Positions 9,436 to 22,509 are shown, counted from the stretch's first letter. The stretch is DNA of 64,000 nt from an uncultured Acidobacteriota bacterium (GCA_963773905.1 CAVZDB010000008.1:575200-639199), one strand, 5' to 3'. Made by a program: numbers and translations. Notes: generated by a model from the letters alone, not told the origin.

Positions 9436-10207
9436 ATGCTCGCCGATAGTCACTGCCATCTCCAAATGGCCGCGGATGCCACCGCGCTTCTCGAACGAGC
9501 TCGGGCCGCGGGCGTCACGCGATTCCTGGTCCCCGGGACGACGCTCGCGGATTCGGAGGCGGCGGTGGAGCTGGCCTCCGTCCACGCAGACGTCCTCGCG
9601 GCGGTCGGGATTCATCCGCACGAGTCCAGGGACTTCGACCCGGCACGCGATGGTGCGGGGTTCGAGGCGCTCGCGCGGCGGCCGGGCGTCGCGGCCATCG
9701 GCGAGGTCGGCCTCGACTTCCACTACGACCATTCGCCGCGCGCGACGCAGATCGAGGTCCTGGAGTGGATGCTGGACTGCGCGCGGCGGCTCGCCCTCCC
9801 GGTCATCCTCCACAACCGCGAGAGCGGATCGGAGATGCTCGCGCTGCTCGCCCGGACGGGCGCGGCCGAGCGGCCCGGTGTCTTCCACTCCTTCACCGAG
9901 GACGCGGACTACGGGAAGAAGGCGATCGGCGCTCGGATACCGCGTGTCGTTCTCGGGGATGCTGACGTTCAGGGCGGCCGAGAACATCCGGGCGGCGGCG
10001 GCGGGCCTGCCGCTCGACGCGATGATGGTCGAGACCGACACGCCGTTCCTCGCGCCGGTGCCGCACCGCGGAAAGCCCTGCGAGCCGGCGTTCGTGGTCG
10101 AGACGGCGAAGAAGCTGGCCGAGATCAAGGGAACCGACCTCGATGCGGTCGCGGGCGCGACGACCGGAAACTTCGAGCGCCTATTCCGTCCCGCCCCGGG
10201 CGCGTGA
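9436..10207 (+). CDS. tatD: TatD-family metal-dependent DNase/hydrolase; one frame break near 9935
   Basis: MLADSHCHLQ, GEVGLDFHYD and VILHNRES. The C-terminal half (LGYRVSFSGMLTF...VETDTPFLAPVPHRGKPCEPA) lies in the frame of ORF 9389..10207. Confidence 0.88.
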
Positions 10208-10572
10208 GCTCGCGCCGCATTTCGCCGGAGGAGTTCGACGCCTACGTCGCGGAGGCGCTCGACTCGGTGCCCGCGCCGTTTCGCAGGTATCTCGAGAACA
10301 TCGTCGTCGGCGTGGAGGAGGAGCCCTTCGAGGAGGACTACGAGGAGACCGACACGCCGGAGGACTCCGAGCTCTTCGGCATCTTCCGCGGCGTGCCCTT
10401 CTTCGAGCGCGGATCGGCGGTGTCGAACCTCCCGGCGCAGATCGCGATCTTCCGGGGCCCGATCCTGCGCAGCTTCGCGACCCGCGGCGAGGCCGTGCAG
10501 GCCATTCGGGATACCGTGGTCCACGAGGTCGGCCACATGCTGGGGCTCGACGACGAGGAAATGCCCTACTAG
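10204..10572 (+). CDS. Small zincin-like metallopeptidase family protein (DUF1025/Zincin_1-like)
   Basis: GTGA overlap with the tatD stop. Contains VPAPFRRYLENIVVGVEEEP and VVHEVGHMLGLDDEEM. Confidence 0.7.
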   Translation: MSSRRISPEEFDAYVAEALDSVPAPFRRYLENIVVGVEEEPFEEDYEETDTPEDSELFGIFRGVPFFERGSAVSNLPAQIAIFRGPILRSFATRGEAVQAIRDTVVHEVGHMLGLDDEEMPY

Positions 10573-10574
10573 GG

Positions 10575-10665
10575 GAATTTTGGATTTTGGATTTTCGATT
10601 TTGGATTGAGCCTGATCGGATGCTTGGTGCTTGTAATCCAAAATCCAAAATCCAAAATCTAAAAT
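10575..10665. repeat. Heptamer-array hairpin, family A (GGATTTT)
   Basis: Left arm is 5 heptamers at 10575-10609 (GAATTTT GGATTTT GGATTTT CGATTTT GGATTGA). Right arm at 10633-10665 is GTAATCC AAAATCC AAAATCC AAAATCT AAAAT. The stem is ~30 bp with 2 mismatches and fills the spacer between stop 10572 and ATG 10668. Confidence 0.95.
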
Positions 10666-10667
10666 AC

Positions 10668-11042
10668 ATGGTGATGATCGCAACGCTCTTCCTCGTCGCC
10701 TCGATGGCCACATCCGCTTCGACCCCTGTTGAGATCGCGCGCGCCGAGGCGGAGCAGAACGTGAAGTCGCCGGCGGGGCGGCGGTACGAGGGCGTCGTCA
10801 TCGGGCAGGTCGACGGGTGGCTGCGGCCGGCGATCGGGCGCTGCCTCAAGGATCTCCCGAAGGAGGAGCTCGTGTCGTTCGACGGCCTCGTCCGCGTCGG
10901 GGAGGAGGGAAAGGCCGCGGAGGTCGTGTTCGGGCCCGAGACGGCGCTCGCCCGCTGCGTCGCCCCCGACTTCCGGGACGCGGCCTACCCCCGGCCGCCG
11001 AAGCCGGACTGGTGGATCAAGATCGAGGTCCGGCCCCGGTAG
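10668..11042 (+). CDS. Hypothetical secreted protein
   Basis: The internal ATG of ORF 10143..11042 follows the repeat. Signal-like N-terminus MVMIATLFLVASMATSAS. No recognisable domain. Confidence 0.5.
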   Translation: MVMIATLFLVASMATSASTPVEIARAEAEQNVKSPAGRRYEGVVIGQVDGWLRPAIGRCLKDLPKEELVSFDGLVRVGEEGKAAEVVFGPETALARCVAPDFRDAAYPRPPKPDWWIKIEVRPR

Positions 11043-11098
11043 GTTTCGCGGGAGAGCGTCGCCGCGGGAGGCACGCCCCTTGCAGCCCTGTCCCCCAG

Positions 11099-11632
11099 AT
11101 GGCCGTGAGACAGGGCAGCGTCAAGGACCTCGAGACCGGGGAGACGGTCAGCCGCAAGCCGATCGGCGGCGCGCGCCTGAAGATCTCCCACGTCTTCACC
11201 GGCGTCGAGGACGTCGTTTACATCGCGCTCGGGCTGCTCCTCGCCGCGAGCGCGGGCGTCTCGCTCGCCAACGGCGCCGGCGCCTTCTGGGCGGCGGTCC
11301 GCAGCGACGCCCCCATGCAGGACATCGTCAACCTGCTCGACCGCATCCTGCTCGTGCTGATGATCGTGGAGCTGCTCTACACCGTGAAGGTTTCCTTCCG
11401 CGAGCACGCGCTGGTGCCGGAGCCGTTCTTGATCGTCGGCCTGATCGCGGTGACGCGGCGCATCCTGGTCGTCACCGCGCAGCTCGCGGTCCTGCTCGAG
11501 AAGCCGAACGAGGCGCTCTTCCGGAGCGCGATGCTCGAGCTCGGCATCCTGACCGTGATGGTCCTGGCGCTCGTGGCCTCGCTCTGGATTCTGCGCAAGC
11601 GGTCCGCGACGCCGGTCCCCGACCGGGCCTAG
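11099..11632 (+). CDS. PsiE-like (phosphate-starvation-inducible E family) membrane protein
   Basis: Four predicted TM segments and LLDRILLVLMIVELLYTV...FLIVGLIAVTRRILV, typical of the PsiE family. Confidence 0.6.
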   Translation: MAVRQGSVKDLETGETVSRKPIGGARLKISHVFTGVEDVVYIALGLLLAASAGVSLANGAGAFWAAVRSDAPMQDIVNLLDRILLVLMIVELLYTVKVSFREHALVPEPFLIVGLIAVTRRILVVTAQLAVLLEKPNEALFRSAMLELGILTVMVLALVASLWILRKRSATPVPDRA

Positions 11633-13059
11633 TCGGCGGCTGGCGCACCGCCTGCCGGACACGGCCGCGACTCGGGCAGATAGAGCACGACCGTGGGGCT
11701 CGCGAGCCGCGCGAACGTCGCGCACCGGCGCAGGCCGGCGGACGCCAGCGCCTCCGCGACGGCCGCGTCGGCGTCGGAGGCATAGAGCCCGACCGCGTCG
11801 GCTCCCGCTGCCGCGCGGCGCACCGCTTCGGGCTCGAGCGGTCGGGCCGGTCGGATGTCGCGGATCGTGACCTCGTTTCCCAGGTACAGCGACTCCCCGT
11901 ACGCCCACATCTGCTCGAGCGCGACCCCTCGAACAGGCGGCCTCAGTGCGTGGATCTGTCCCGCGGCCAGGATCGCGGCGGCCGACTTGTCTCTCCAGAG
12001 CGTCAGCGCCCGCTCCAGCCCCAGCGAAGCCGCCACGATCAGCGCCACGGTGGCGAGAACGCGGCCCTCTCGCGTCGCGTCCCGTAAGCGCTCCCAGCCG
12101 AGGGCCGCCGCGAGGCACAGGAACGGAATCACGAGCTGCGTGTAGCGGACCGACTTCGCGGGCGAGAAGGAGAGAAGCGCCGCGACCGCGAGGGCGGTGC
12201 CCAGAGACGCCGCGAGCCGCCGATCCCGCCGCGCCGCCAGGACGAGGAGGACGCTCGCGGGGCCGGCCCAGTGAAGGATGCGCTTGCCGTACCAAAACCA
12301 CGGCTCCGGTCTCGAGCTCGCGAGTCCCTGCACCTGCATGATCCGCCAGAACTCGCGGAGGGTGCCGAAGGGAGCGCCGGAGCTCCGGGCGTCGAATGCG
12401 CCGACGAACAGCAGGACGCCGGCCAGGAATCCGCCGAGGATCGCCGCGAGGGTTCGCGGATCTTTTCGATCCCACGCCGACCACGCGAGGAGCGCGGCGA
12501 GGGCGACGGCCTCGCTCCAGCGTACGGCGAACGCGGCCGCGACGAGGCCTCCGGCGAGGACCGCGAGGGAGCGGGTTCCAGGCTTCGCGCGGGCGACCGC
12601 GACGAACGCGGCGAGAACGAGACACGTCGCGATGGGGCGCGGGTAGGGTGTGCCGCCGTACCCGAGACTCAGCCCATGAACGGCGTAGAGGAACCCGGCG
12701 ACCCGGGCCGTCCTCTCGCTCCAGCCCCACGCGCGGGCGAGGGCGACGACCAGCGGCACGGCGAGCGTCGAGAAGAGGATCGTGGGGAGCGCGGCCAGGA
12801 CGGTCAGGGCCCGGGGACTCGTGAGGCCGGCCCCCGCGCCGAGAGCGACGAACGGGCAGGCGAGCGCGACCGGGTGGAAGAGCGAGCGGAGAGACCAGGC
12901 GCGATAGGTCAGCCGGCCCGCGCAGGCCGCGGCGGCCTGGACGACCTCCAGATCGTCCCCGGTCAGGAATCCCGGGAATCGCCATGCGGCGAAGAGCTTC
13001 AGGCCCGAGGTCGCGAGCAGGAGCGCGAAGAGAAACCGACCCCGTCCCGGTTGGTCCAT
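11629..13059 (-). CDS. Polytopic membrane protein, GT-C-like glycosyltransferase (ArnT/PMT/mannosyltransferase-like)
   Basis: 476 aa with >10 hydrophobic segments and an acidic motif TGDDLEVV in the first loop. Confidence 0.5.
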   Translation of the reverse strand: MDQPGRGRFLFALLLATSGLKLFAAWRFPGFLTGDDLEVVQAAAACAGRLTYRAWSLRSLFHPVALACPFVALGAGAGLTSPRALTVLAALPTILFSTLAVPLVVALARAWGWSERTARVAGFLYAVHGLSLGYGGTPYPRPIATCLVLAAFVAVARAKPGTRSLAVLAGGLVAAAFAVRWSEAVALAALLAWSAWDRKDPRTLAAILGGFLAGVLLFVGAFDARSSGAPFGTLREFWRIMQVQGLASSRPEPWFWYGKRILHWAGPASVLLVLAARRDRRLAASLGTALAVAALLSFSPAKSVRYTQLVIPFLCLAAALGWERLRDATREGRVLATVALIVAASLGLERALTLWRDKSAAAILAAGQIHALRPPVRGVALEQMWAYGESLYLGNEVTIRDIRPARPLEPEAVRRAAAGADAVGLYASDADAAVAEALASAGLRRCATFARLASPTVVLYLPESRPCPAGGAPAAD

Positions 13060-13143
13060 TCCGGGCTCGGGCCCCGAGGCGAGATCCTCACGAAACGGAA
13101 TCTGCGCGATCGCCGTGACTCGGGCGCGGAATCCGCGCGCGGC

Positions 13144-15373
<2,230 letters not shown>

Positions 15374-15489
15374 GGTCGGGTCCTCATCTGTGAATGGCGG
15401 AGGAGCGCGTCCGGGATGGCGGAACGCCATGCGGTGGAGCGCCGCGACACGGGATTGGCCGCGGCCGTCCGGCTCCGTCGCCGGACGAT

Positions 15490-15765
15490 TTACTTCCGGA
15501 GGCCGAGGCGCTCGATGAGCTTGTGGTAGCGCTCCGGGCTCTCGCTCCGGAGGTACTCCAGCAACCGCCGCCGGCGTCCGACCATCTGCAGCAAACCGCG
15601 CCGCGAATGGTGGTCCTTGGCGTTGGACTGGAAGTGCTCCGTCAGGTACGCGATGCGCTTGGTCAGCAGCGCGACCTGAACCTCGGGCGATCCCGTGTCG
15701 CTTTCGTGGGTCCGGTATTGTTTGACGATGTCCGCCTTGCCGGACTCGTACTCGGTAACGTTCAC
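15490..15765 (-). CDS. rpsO: 30S ribosomal protein S15
   Basis: 91 aa with [23 protein letters not shown]...HHSRRGLL. Confidence 0.97.
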   Translation of the reverse strand: MNVTEYESGKADIVKQYRTHESDTGSPEVQVALLTKRIAYLTEHFQSNAKDHHSRRGLLQMVGRRRRLLEYLRSESPERYHKLIERLGLRK

Positions 15766-15911
15766 TCAGCCTCCAAACGACTCAAAACACTCACACTTTT
15801 TCTATAAGCGGGGGAGACTACCACAGGAACCGGGAGTTTCGTAGGGGCGGGGCTTGCCCCCTCCCGGCGCATGGCGGGCGGCCGCGAGGGCCGTCCCCAC
15901 GTTAACGCTCA

Positions 15912-16835
15912 CTACTCCAACACGATGCGCGGCCGGATCAGGCTGACCCCCCGATCGCCGATCGGGCTGACTTGCCCCAGCGCCAGCATGTCGTTGGACG
16001 GGGACAGCAGCGTGATCCAGTCCCCCTCCCGGGCCACGATCCCGCGGGTCGGGACCGCCTGGCCGCGGCGGATCTTCCAGGCCTCGAGCGACGCGAGCTG
16101 GAGGCGGGGGAAAGGAAAGGGCACCCGCGAGAGCGGCATCGCGTGCGGCGCCGCGAGGCGCTCCGCCGGCGTGAAGGCCTCGAAGCGGTCGAGTGGGGCC
16201 GCGTCGGAGACCGAGAAGTCGCCGATGCGCGTGCGGCGCAGGGAGTCGAGGTGCGCCCCGCAGCCCAGCCGCTCCCCGAGGTCGCTCGCGATCGAGCGGA
16301 TGTAGGTCCCCGACGAGCACGCGATCGCGAACTCGAGCCGGCCCTCGACGAGCGGCCCGAACTGCAGCCGCGAGACCTTGACGGTCTTGGGGAGGGACGG
16401 CACGGCCTCGCCCTTGCGGGCCATCTCGTAGAATTTCCGGCCGCCGACCTTCTTGGCGGAGTACGGCGGGGGGGACTGCGGAAACTCGCCCCGGAACTCG
16501 TCCGCGGCCTTCTCGACCGCCTCCGCCGTGACGTGTGTGTGATCGCGGTCGGGGCCGCTCGGCTCGCCCTCGCGGTCGTACGTCGCCGTGGCGCGCCCCA
16601 GCCGGATCGTGCCTTCGTACGATTTGTCCATTCGCGTGAAGAAGCCCTGCAGACGGGCCGCTCCTCCCGCGCAGAGCAGGAGCAGTCCGGTCGCCATCGG
16701 ATCGAGCGTGCCGCTGTGACCGATGCGGGCGAGTCGCGTGGCCCTTCGGGCGCGTTCGACGACGTCGTGCGAGGTCAGACCCTCCGGCTTGTCGATCAGG
16801 AAGAGGTAGCCCCGGCTGAGCGCGTCCGGCCTCAA
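15912..16835 (-). CDS. truB: tRNA pseudouridine(55) synthase
   Basis: Contains FLIDKPEGLTSHDVV and GHSGTLDPMATGLLLL. The probable TTG start overlaps the rbfA stop. Confidence 0.88.
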   Translation of the reverse strand: MRPDALSRGYLFLIDKPEGLTSHDVVERARRATRLARIGHSGTLDPMATGLLLLCAGGAARLQGFFTRMDKSYEGTIRLGRATATYDREGEPSGPDRDHTHVTAEAVEKAADEFRGEFPQSPPPYSAKKVGGRKFYEMARKGEAVPSLPKTVKVSRLQFGPLVEGRLEFAIACSSGTYIRSIASDLGERLGCGAHLDSLRRTRIGDFSVSDAAPLDRFEAFTPAERLAAPHAMPLSRVPFPFPRLQLASLEAWKIRRGQAVPTRGIVAREGDWITLLSPSNDMLALGQVSPIGDRGVSLIRPRIVLE

Positions 16836-17215
16836 GGCTCCTCCTCTCGCTCCTCGTCGGAGTCGGAGCCCGGCAGCACCTGGTGCAGGAGCTCCTCGAT
16901 GCGCGCCCCGCGCTCGAGGGAGAGGTCGGAGACGAAGAAGAGCTCCGGCGCGTAGCGAAGCTGGCAGCGCTGGCCGACCTCGCGCCGCAGGTACCCGGCG
17001 GCGCGGCGCAGCGCCTCGGCCGCCCGGTCGCGGGCCTCCTCGGCTCCGAGGCACGAGAAGTAGACGCGGGCGGACTTCAGGTCCGACGGCATCTCGACGT
17101 CGGTGATCGTCACGCCGCGCAGGTCGGGATCGTGAGCCTCGGTCAGGACGATGCGGGCGAGCTCCGCGCGCACGATGTCGGCGACGCGCTGACTTCTGCG
17201 AGATGGCTTCGCCAT
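16832..17215 (-). CDS. rbfA: Ribosome-binding factor A
   Basis: 127 aa with RVADIVRAELARIV and GVTITDVEMPSDLKSARVYF. Confidence 0.93.
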   Translation of the reverse strand: MAKPSRRSQRVADIVRAELARIVLTEAHDPDLRGVTITDVEMPSDLKSARVYFSCLGAEEARDRAAEALRRAAGYLRREVGQRCQLRYAPELFFVSDLSLERGARIEELLHQVLPGSDSDEEREEEP

Positions 17216-17218
17216 CTC

Positions 17219-17330
17219 AGGTGATAGGTGATAGGTGATAGGTGATGGGGAAATCCCCAGTCACCTGCCGGCCATCACCCTTCTCCTCACACATAGACCT
17301 GTCACCTGTCACCTGACACCTATCACCTAT
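17219..17330. repeat. Heptamer-array hairpin, family B (GGTGAYA), composite
   Basis: (AGGTGAT)x4 at 17219-17246 and TGTCACC TGTCACC TGACACC TATCACC at 17300-17327, with an inner hairpin GGTGATGGGG-AAAT-CCCCAGTCACC. It fills the DUF503-rbfA spacer. Confidence 0.9.
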
Positions 17331-17334
17331 CTCC

Positions 17335-17622
17335 TCACACATGGATGAACTCGTTCTGGTATCCCAGCAGCTCGCCATCCAGATTCTCCTCCACGAAGCG
17401 CAGGATGTGCTGGAGCAGGGCGTCCAGCGGCTGCTGGTCGGGGCCGATGGCCGCCACCCCGAGCTTCGCACGCTGCAGGAGCTCCTGGTCGCCCACCTCG
17501 GCCGCGGAGACCTCGAACTCGTTGCGGATCCGGGCCTTGAGGCTCTTGACGACCATGCGCTTTTCCTTCAGCCCGCGGCAGCCCGGCAGGTGGATGTCGA
17601 AGACGGCGTAGGCGAGGACCAT
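17335..17622 (-). CDS. DUF503 family protein (YlxP-like)
   Basis: 95 aa with AVFDIHLPGCRGLKEKRMVVKSLKARI, in the conserved position between infB and rbfA. Confidence 0.85.
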   Translation of the reverse strand: MVLAYAVFDIHLPGCRGLKEKRMVVKSLKARIRNEFEVSAAEVGDQELLQRAKLGVAAIGPDQQPLDALLQHILRFVEENLDGELLGYQNEFIHV

Positions 17623-17623
17623 G

Positions 17624-17714
17624 GGAGCTTTCAGCTCGCAGCTTCAGCTTACAGCCGACGCGGGGCGCGAAACGACGTCTCGCTGGGAGCCCTCAGCGGT
17701 CAGCTGAGAGCTAT
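17624..17714. repeat. Heptamer-array hairpin, family C (AGCTNNN)
   Basis: Left arm is AGCTTTC AGCTCGC AGCTTC AGCTTAC AGCCGAC. The reverse complement of the right arm is AGCTCTC AGCTGAC CGCTGAG GGCTCCC AGCGAGA. The infB TAG stop (17711-17713) lies in the last heptamer. Confidence 0.8.
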
Positions 17715-20497
17715 CCCATCACCCCGGCGACCTTCTCCACCTGGAACGCCTCGATGATGTCGCCGACCTTGACGTCCTGGTACCGGTCGAGGCCGATGCC
17801 GCATTCGAATCCCTGTTTGACCTCCGACACGTCGTCCTTGAAGCGGCGCAGCGACCCCACCTTGCCCTCGTAGATCACGCGGTTGTCGCGCAGAAGACGC
17901 AGCTGCGCCGAACGCGGGATCGTGCCCTCGGTGACGTAGCAGCCGGCGACGATGCCGAACTTCGGGACCTTGAAGGTGTTGCGCACCTCGGCGCGGCCCC
18001 TGGCGACTTCCTTGAGGGTCGGGTCCAGCAGGCCCTCCATCGCCTTCTTGATCTCGTCGGTCACGTTGTAGATGACCGTGTGGAGGCGGATGTCGACGCC
18101 GGCCTTCTCGGCCTCCTCCGCGGCCTTCTTCTCGGGCCGCACGTTGAAGCCGACGATGATCGCGCTCGAGGCCGAGGCGAGGAGCACGTCGTTGATGTTG
18201 ATGGCGCCCACGCCCGAGTGCAGGAGCGAGATCTTGACCTTGTCGTTGGAGAGCGCCTTGAGGGACTGCGACAGCACCTCGACGGATCCCGAGACGTCGG
18301 CCTTCAGGATGATCGGCAGATCCTTGATCTTGCCTTCCTGGATCTTGCTGAACAGCTGTTCGAGCGAGAGGCGCGAGGAGGAGGCCATGGCCTTCTCCCG
18401 GTCCTTCTGCTGGCGGAAGCTCACGATCGAGCGCGCGCGCGTCTCGTCCTCGACGACCTGGAAGGGATCGCCGGCCTGCGGCAGCTCCTCGAAGCCCGTG
18501 ACCTCGACGGGCGTCGCCGGGCCCGCCTCCAGGACCCGCGCACCGTGGTCGTCCTGCATCGAGCGGACGCGGCCGAACGCGGAGCCCGCGAAGAACACGT
18601 CGCCCACGTGCAGAGTGCCGGACTGGACGAGAACGGTCGCGAGGTTTCCTCGCCCCGCCTCGCGCCGCGCCTCGAGCACGACGCCCCGGGCCTCCGCCGC
18701 CTCCGCCGCCGAGAGCTCCTGCAGGTCCGCGACGAGGAGGATCAGCTCGAGGAGGTGGTCGATGCCCTGCTTCTTCGTCGCCGAGATCTCGGCGGAGGGC
18801 ACGTCGCCGCCCCAGGACTCGAGGAGCACGTTGCGGTCGGCCAGCTCCTTCTTGACGCGGTCCACGTTCGCGTTGGGCTTGTCGATCTTGTTGATCGCCA
18901 CGACGATCGGCACCTTCGCGGCGCGCGCGTGGTCGATGGCCTCGACGGTCTGGGGCATCACGGCGTCGTCGGCGGCCACGACCAGGACGACGATGTCCGT
19001 GGCCTTGGCGCCGCGCGCGCGCATCGAGGTGAACGCCTCGTGGCCGGGCGTGTCCAGGAAGACGATCGGCTTGCCGTGGGTCTCGACGCGGTAGGCGCCG
19101 ATGTGTTGCGTGATGCCGCCCGCCTCGCCCGCCGCGACGTTGGTCTGGCGGATCGCGTCGAGCAGGGAGGTCTTCCCGTGGTCGACGTGGCCCATGACCG
19201 TCACGACCGGCGCCCGCGGAACGCGCGGGGCCGCGGACTCGCCGACGTCCTGGGAGCGCGTGAGCTCCATCTCCTCTTCGAAGGAGACGACCGCGGCCTC
19301 GACGCCGATCTCGCGGGCGAGCTGGACCGCCGTCGCCGCGTCGAGGGTCTGGTTGACCGTCGCGAGCACGCCGCGCTGCATCAGCAGCCGCTGGATGTCG
19401 CGAGTCAGCACGCCGAGCTTCTCCGAGAGCTCCTTGACCGTGACGCCCTCGGTGAAGAAAACCGGACCGGTCGGTGCGGGCTTCTTGAACTCGAGGAGCT
19501 TGCCGGAGTCGTGCGCCCGGGTTTCCTTCGCAGCGCGACGAATGGCCGACTTGGAGACGGGGCGCGCCGCGTTGGTGGCGGCCGCATCGGCCTCGTCGGA
19601 CGCCGTCTTCTCGATCAGCGGCAGCGAGATGTCGGAGTACGTGTCCTCCTGGTAGGTTCCCACGAACTCGCGCAGATCGACCTCGTCCGCGACGGTGATC
19701 TTCGGACGGGCGCCACGCTTGCCGGCGGCCGTCTTCTTGGCGTCGTCTTTGTCGTCCTTCTTGCGCTTGGCGGGTCCGGTGCGCTCCGGAACGGCCGGGC
19801 CCGTCGTTCGGCCGAGCGGGGCGCCGGGCCGCGGGGGTCCTCCCGGCGGGCGCGCGCCGGGGCCTCCGGGCGTCGGCCGGTAGACCGAGGGGCCCGTCGG
19901 GCGCAGGCCGCCCGTGGGTCCGCCGACGCGCGGGCCCATCGGGCCCATCGGACGCGCCGGGCCCGTCGGGCGAAGGCCGCCCGTGGGTCCGGCCGCGGGC
20001 CGTGCAAAATTGCCGGGGCCCGTCGGCGGCCGGGGGGCCGGTCGCGGGGGCAGGACGATCTTTCTCGGAACGGGCGGGGCGGCCGGGCGCGGGGCCTCGG
20101 GCTCCGGCTCTGCCGGAACCACGGCCGTCCGCGCGGGCTCGGCCGGCTTGGCTGCGGCCTTCGGTTCCGCTGGGGGCGCGCGGCGCGGCGCGGGCGCCTC
20201 GGTCTCGGGCTCTGCCGGCGAGGCCTCGGGCTCGCCCTTGGCCCCCGGGGCCTTGTCGATGATCTTGATGCGGTTGAGCGCGCTCTTCTGCGGCCGGACG
20301 GCGCGCGCCTCGTTGTCGCGGACGATCAGCTGCTTGGGCGCGTGGGTCTTGCCCTGCAGGATCGCGAGGACCGTCGACTCATCCAGCGCGGCCTGCGGAG
20401 ACTTGACATCGACACCGATCGACTGGAGCAGGAAGAGAACTTCCTTGCTCCCAATGCCCATCTGGGCGGCAAGCTCTTCGACTCGAATCTTTCCCAT
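17711..20497 (-). CDS. infB: Translation initiation factor IF-2
   Basis: 928 aa with a Pro/Ala-rich linker and G-domain motifs [17 protein letters not shown] and NKID. Confidence 0.97.
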   Translation of the reverse strand: MGKIRVEELAAQMGIGSKEVLFLLQSIGVDVKSPQAALDESTVLAILQGKTHAPKQLIVRDNEARAVRPQKSALNRIKIIDKAPGAKGEPEASPAEPETEAPAPRRAPPAEPKAAAKPAEPARTAVVPAEPEPEAPRPAAPPVPRKIVLPPRPAPRPPTGPGNFARPAAGPTGGLRPTGPARPMGPMGPRVGGPTGGLRPTGPSVYRPTPGGPGARPPGGPPRPGAPLGRTTGPAVPERTGPAKRKKDDKDDAKKTAAGKRGARPKITVADEVDLREFVGTYQEDTYSDISLPLIEKTASDEADAAATNAARPVSKSAIRRAAKETRAHDSGKLLEFKKPAPTGPVFFTEGVTVKELSEKLGVLTRDIQRLLMQRGVLATVNQTLDAATAVQLAREIGVEAAVVSFEEEMELTRSQDVGESAAPRVPRAPVVTVMGHVDHGKTSLLDAIRQTNVAAGEAGGITQHIGAYRVETHGKPIVFLDTPGHEAFTSMRARGAKATDIVVLVVAADDAVMPQTVEAIDHARAAKVPIVVAINKIDKPNANVDRVKKELADRNVLLESWGGDVPSAEISATKKQGIDHLLELILLVADLQELSAAEAAEARGVVLEARREAGRGNLATVLVQSGTLHVGDVFFAGSAFGRVRSMQDDHGARVLEAGPATPVEVTGFEELPQAGDPFQVVEDETRARSIVSFRQQKDREKAMASSSRLSLEQLFSKIQEGKIKDLPIILKADVSGSVEVLSQSLKALSNDKVKISLLHSGVGAININDVLLASASSAIIVGFNVRPEKKAAEEAEKAGVDIRLHTVIYNVTDEIKKAMEGLLDPTLKEVARGRAEVRNTFKVPKFGIVAGCYVTEGTIPRSAQLRLLRDNRVIYEGKVGSLRRFKDDVSEVKQGFECGIGLDRYQDVKVGDIIEAFQVEKVAGVMG

Positions 20498-20507
20498 CGT
20501 GCTCGGT

Positions 20508-21944
20508 CTACTCCCTCACGCCCGTCTCTTCGGGGGCCTCGGTCTGGGTCTCTTCCTCGGGATTCTCTTCGTCGCTCTCTTCCTCATCCGGTGCGGTCTC
20601 GAGCGCCCGCGCGGACTCCAGGATCTTCTCGGCGGATTTCTCGCCGATGCCCGGCAGCTGTGCGAGCTCGGCGGCGGACTTCTCGAGCAGGTCGCCGAGC
20701 GTCGCGACGCCCGCCTCGGTCAGGCGCTCGGCCGTCTTCTCGCCGACGCCGGGGATCTCGGCGACGGCGGTCTGCCGGCGCCTCGAGGCCTGCAGCATGC
20801 GCGAGAGCGCCTGCGCGACCTCGCCCTTGACCTCGGACTCGCCCTTGATCTCGATCTTCATGCCGATCAGCGCGGAGGCGAGTCGGACGTTCTGCCCCTT
20901 CTTTCCGATCGCGAGCGACAGCTGGTCGTCCTCGACGACGCAGTCGAGGCTCATGCCCCCGTCCTCGTGGTGGATCGGGGACACGCGCGTGATCTTGGCC
21001 GGCGCGAGCGCGTTCTGGGCGAACGTGATGAGGTCGTCCGAATAGAGGATGACGTCGATCTTCTCGCCGTGGAGCTCGCGCATGATGGATTGGACGCGGC
21101 TGCCGCGCATGCCCACGCACGCGCCGACGGGGTCGACGTCCCGCTCGCGCGAGCGAACGGCGACCTTCGCGCGCTCGCCCGGCTGGCGCACCGCGCCCTT
21201 GATCACGACCGTTCCGTCATAGATCTCGGGCACCTCCATCTCGAAGAGCCGGATCAGGAGGCGCGGGTCCGTGCGCGACAGCACGAGCTGCGGACCCTTC
21301 GGGTTCTTGTGCACGTCGTAGAGGATCGCGCGGATGCGCTCGCCCTGGCCGTAGCGCTCGGCGCGGGACTGCTGGTCGCGCGGAATGATCGCCTCGGAGC
21401 GGCCGAGGTCGACGATCATGTCGCCCCGTTCGAAACGCTTGACCGTCCCGTTCATCAGCTCGCCGACCTTGGGGAAGTACTCGTTGTAGACGTTGTCCCG
21501 CTCGGCCTCGCGGACCTTCTGGTAGAGGACCTGCTTCGCGGTCTGCGCGGCGATGCGGCCGAGCCCGACCGTCTCGCGGTAGACCCGGACCTCGTCCCCC
21601 AGCGCGACGTCGTGGACCTCGGTCGCGGGTTGCTCTTCCGGACCGCCCCGCAGGATCCGGACCTCGCCCTTGGTTCCCTTCTGGGCGATCAGCGTCTGCG
21701 CTTCGTCCAGCAGGATCTGCGGCGGCGGCTCCTCGGACTCGGTGTCCAGCTCCGCGACGACGGTCCGCGGCGAATAGACCGTCATCTCACCCGACTGGCG
21801 GTCGATCACGGTGACCATCGCCCGGTCGTGGTAGTACTTCCGCGCGGCCGAGGACATCGCCTCCTCGAGGGCGCCGAACATCTTCTCGGCGTCGATGTCT
21901 TTTTCTCGCGACACCTGTCGGATCACCGACGGATCGATAATCAT
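20508..21944 (-). CDS. nusA: Transcription termination/antitermination factor NusA
   Basis: Contains MIIDPSVIRQVSREKDIDAEKMFGALEE, S1 and two KH domains (LAIGKKGQNVRLAS) and a C-terminal HhH/acidic tail. Start taken at the internal ATG at 21944. Confidence 0.93.
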   Translation of the reverse strand: MIIDPSVIRQVSREKDIDAEKMFGALEEAMSSAARKYYHDRAMVTVIDRQSGEMTVYSPRTVVAELDTESEEPPPQILLDEAQTLIAQKGTKGEVRILRGGPEEQPATEVHDVALGDEVRVYRETVGLGRIAAQTAKQVLYQKVREAERDNVYNEYFPKVGELMNGTVKRFERGDMIVDLGRSEAIIPRDQQSRAERYGQGERIRAILYDVHKNPKGPQLVLSRTDPRLLIRLFEMEVPEIYDGTVVIKGAVRQPGERAKVAVRSRERDVDPVGACVGMRGSRVQSIMRELHGEKIDVILYSDDLITFAQNALAPAKITRVSPIHHEDGGMSLDCVVEDDQLSLAIGKKGQNVRLASALIGMKIEIKGESEVKGEVAQALSRMLQASRRRQTAVAEIPGVGEKTAERLTEAGVATLGDLLEKSAAELAQLPGIGEKSAEKILESARALETAPDEEESDEENPEEETQTEAPEETGVRE

Positions 21945-21957
21945 GCCCACCCGCTCC

Positions 21958-22509
21958 CTATCGCCCCTGTCCTTCCCGCCGCGGCCACTCGAAGTCCAGC
22001 CGGGCGAGTCGAATATCGCCGAAACGGACATTATAGATTTTGCGCTCCGCCTCATCAACGACGGTGAGGCGATCGCCGTCGACCTGCGAGAGCACGCCCC
22101 CGAAATTTCGCGCCGGAGAAATGGCTGGCGTCTTCCGGCTTCCCGTCGCGCTCGCCGCGGGCAGCACGTCCGGCGTCACCGGAGACTCCGTCTTGACGCG
22201 CACCCTCCGGCCGATGAAGCGCACCGCGTCTTCGAGCGAGTAGAGCTTGCGCTCGAGTCCCGCGGAGGAGACCTCGAGCGTGTAGCGGTGCGCGATCTCG
22301 TCGGAGGCGTCGAGCACGGCGGAGGCGTCGCGCGAGACATGCTCGCAGTCCTCGACCGTCACCGGCTCACCGCCGGCGCGCTCCAGGACCAGCCGAAGAA
22401 CCGTGAAGCGGCCCGCCCCGGCGGTCTCGACCGCCAGGAGCCGGCACCCCTTCTCCTCCGCGATGGCCTCGATTTCACGAGTCGTTTTGTCGCTCAGAAG
22501 CTTTCTCAT
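21958..22509 (-). CDS. rimP: Ribosome maturation factor RimP
   Basis: 183 aa with YTLEVSSAGLERKL, directly upstream of nusA. Confidence 0.9.
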   Translation of the reverse strand: MRKLLSDKTTREIEAIAEEKGCRLLAVETAGAGRFTVLRLVLERAGGEPVTVEDCEHVSRDASAVLDASDEIAHRYTLEVSSAGLERKLYSLEDAVRFIGRRVRVKTESPVTPDVLPAASATGSRKTPAISPARNFGGVLSQVDGDRLTVVDEAERKIYNVRFGDIRLARLDFEWPRREGQGR

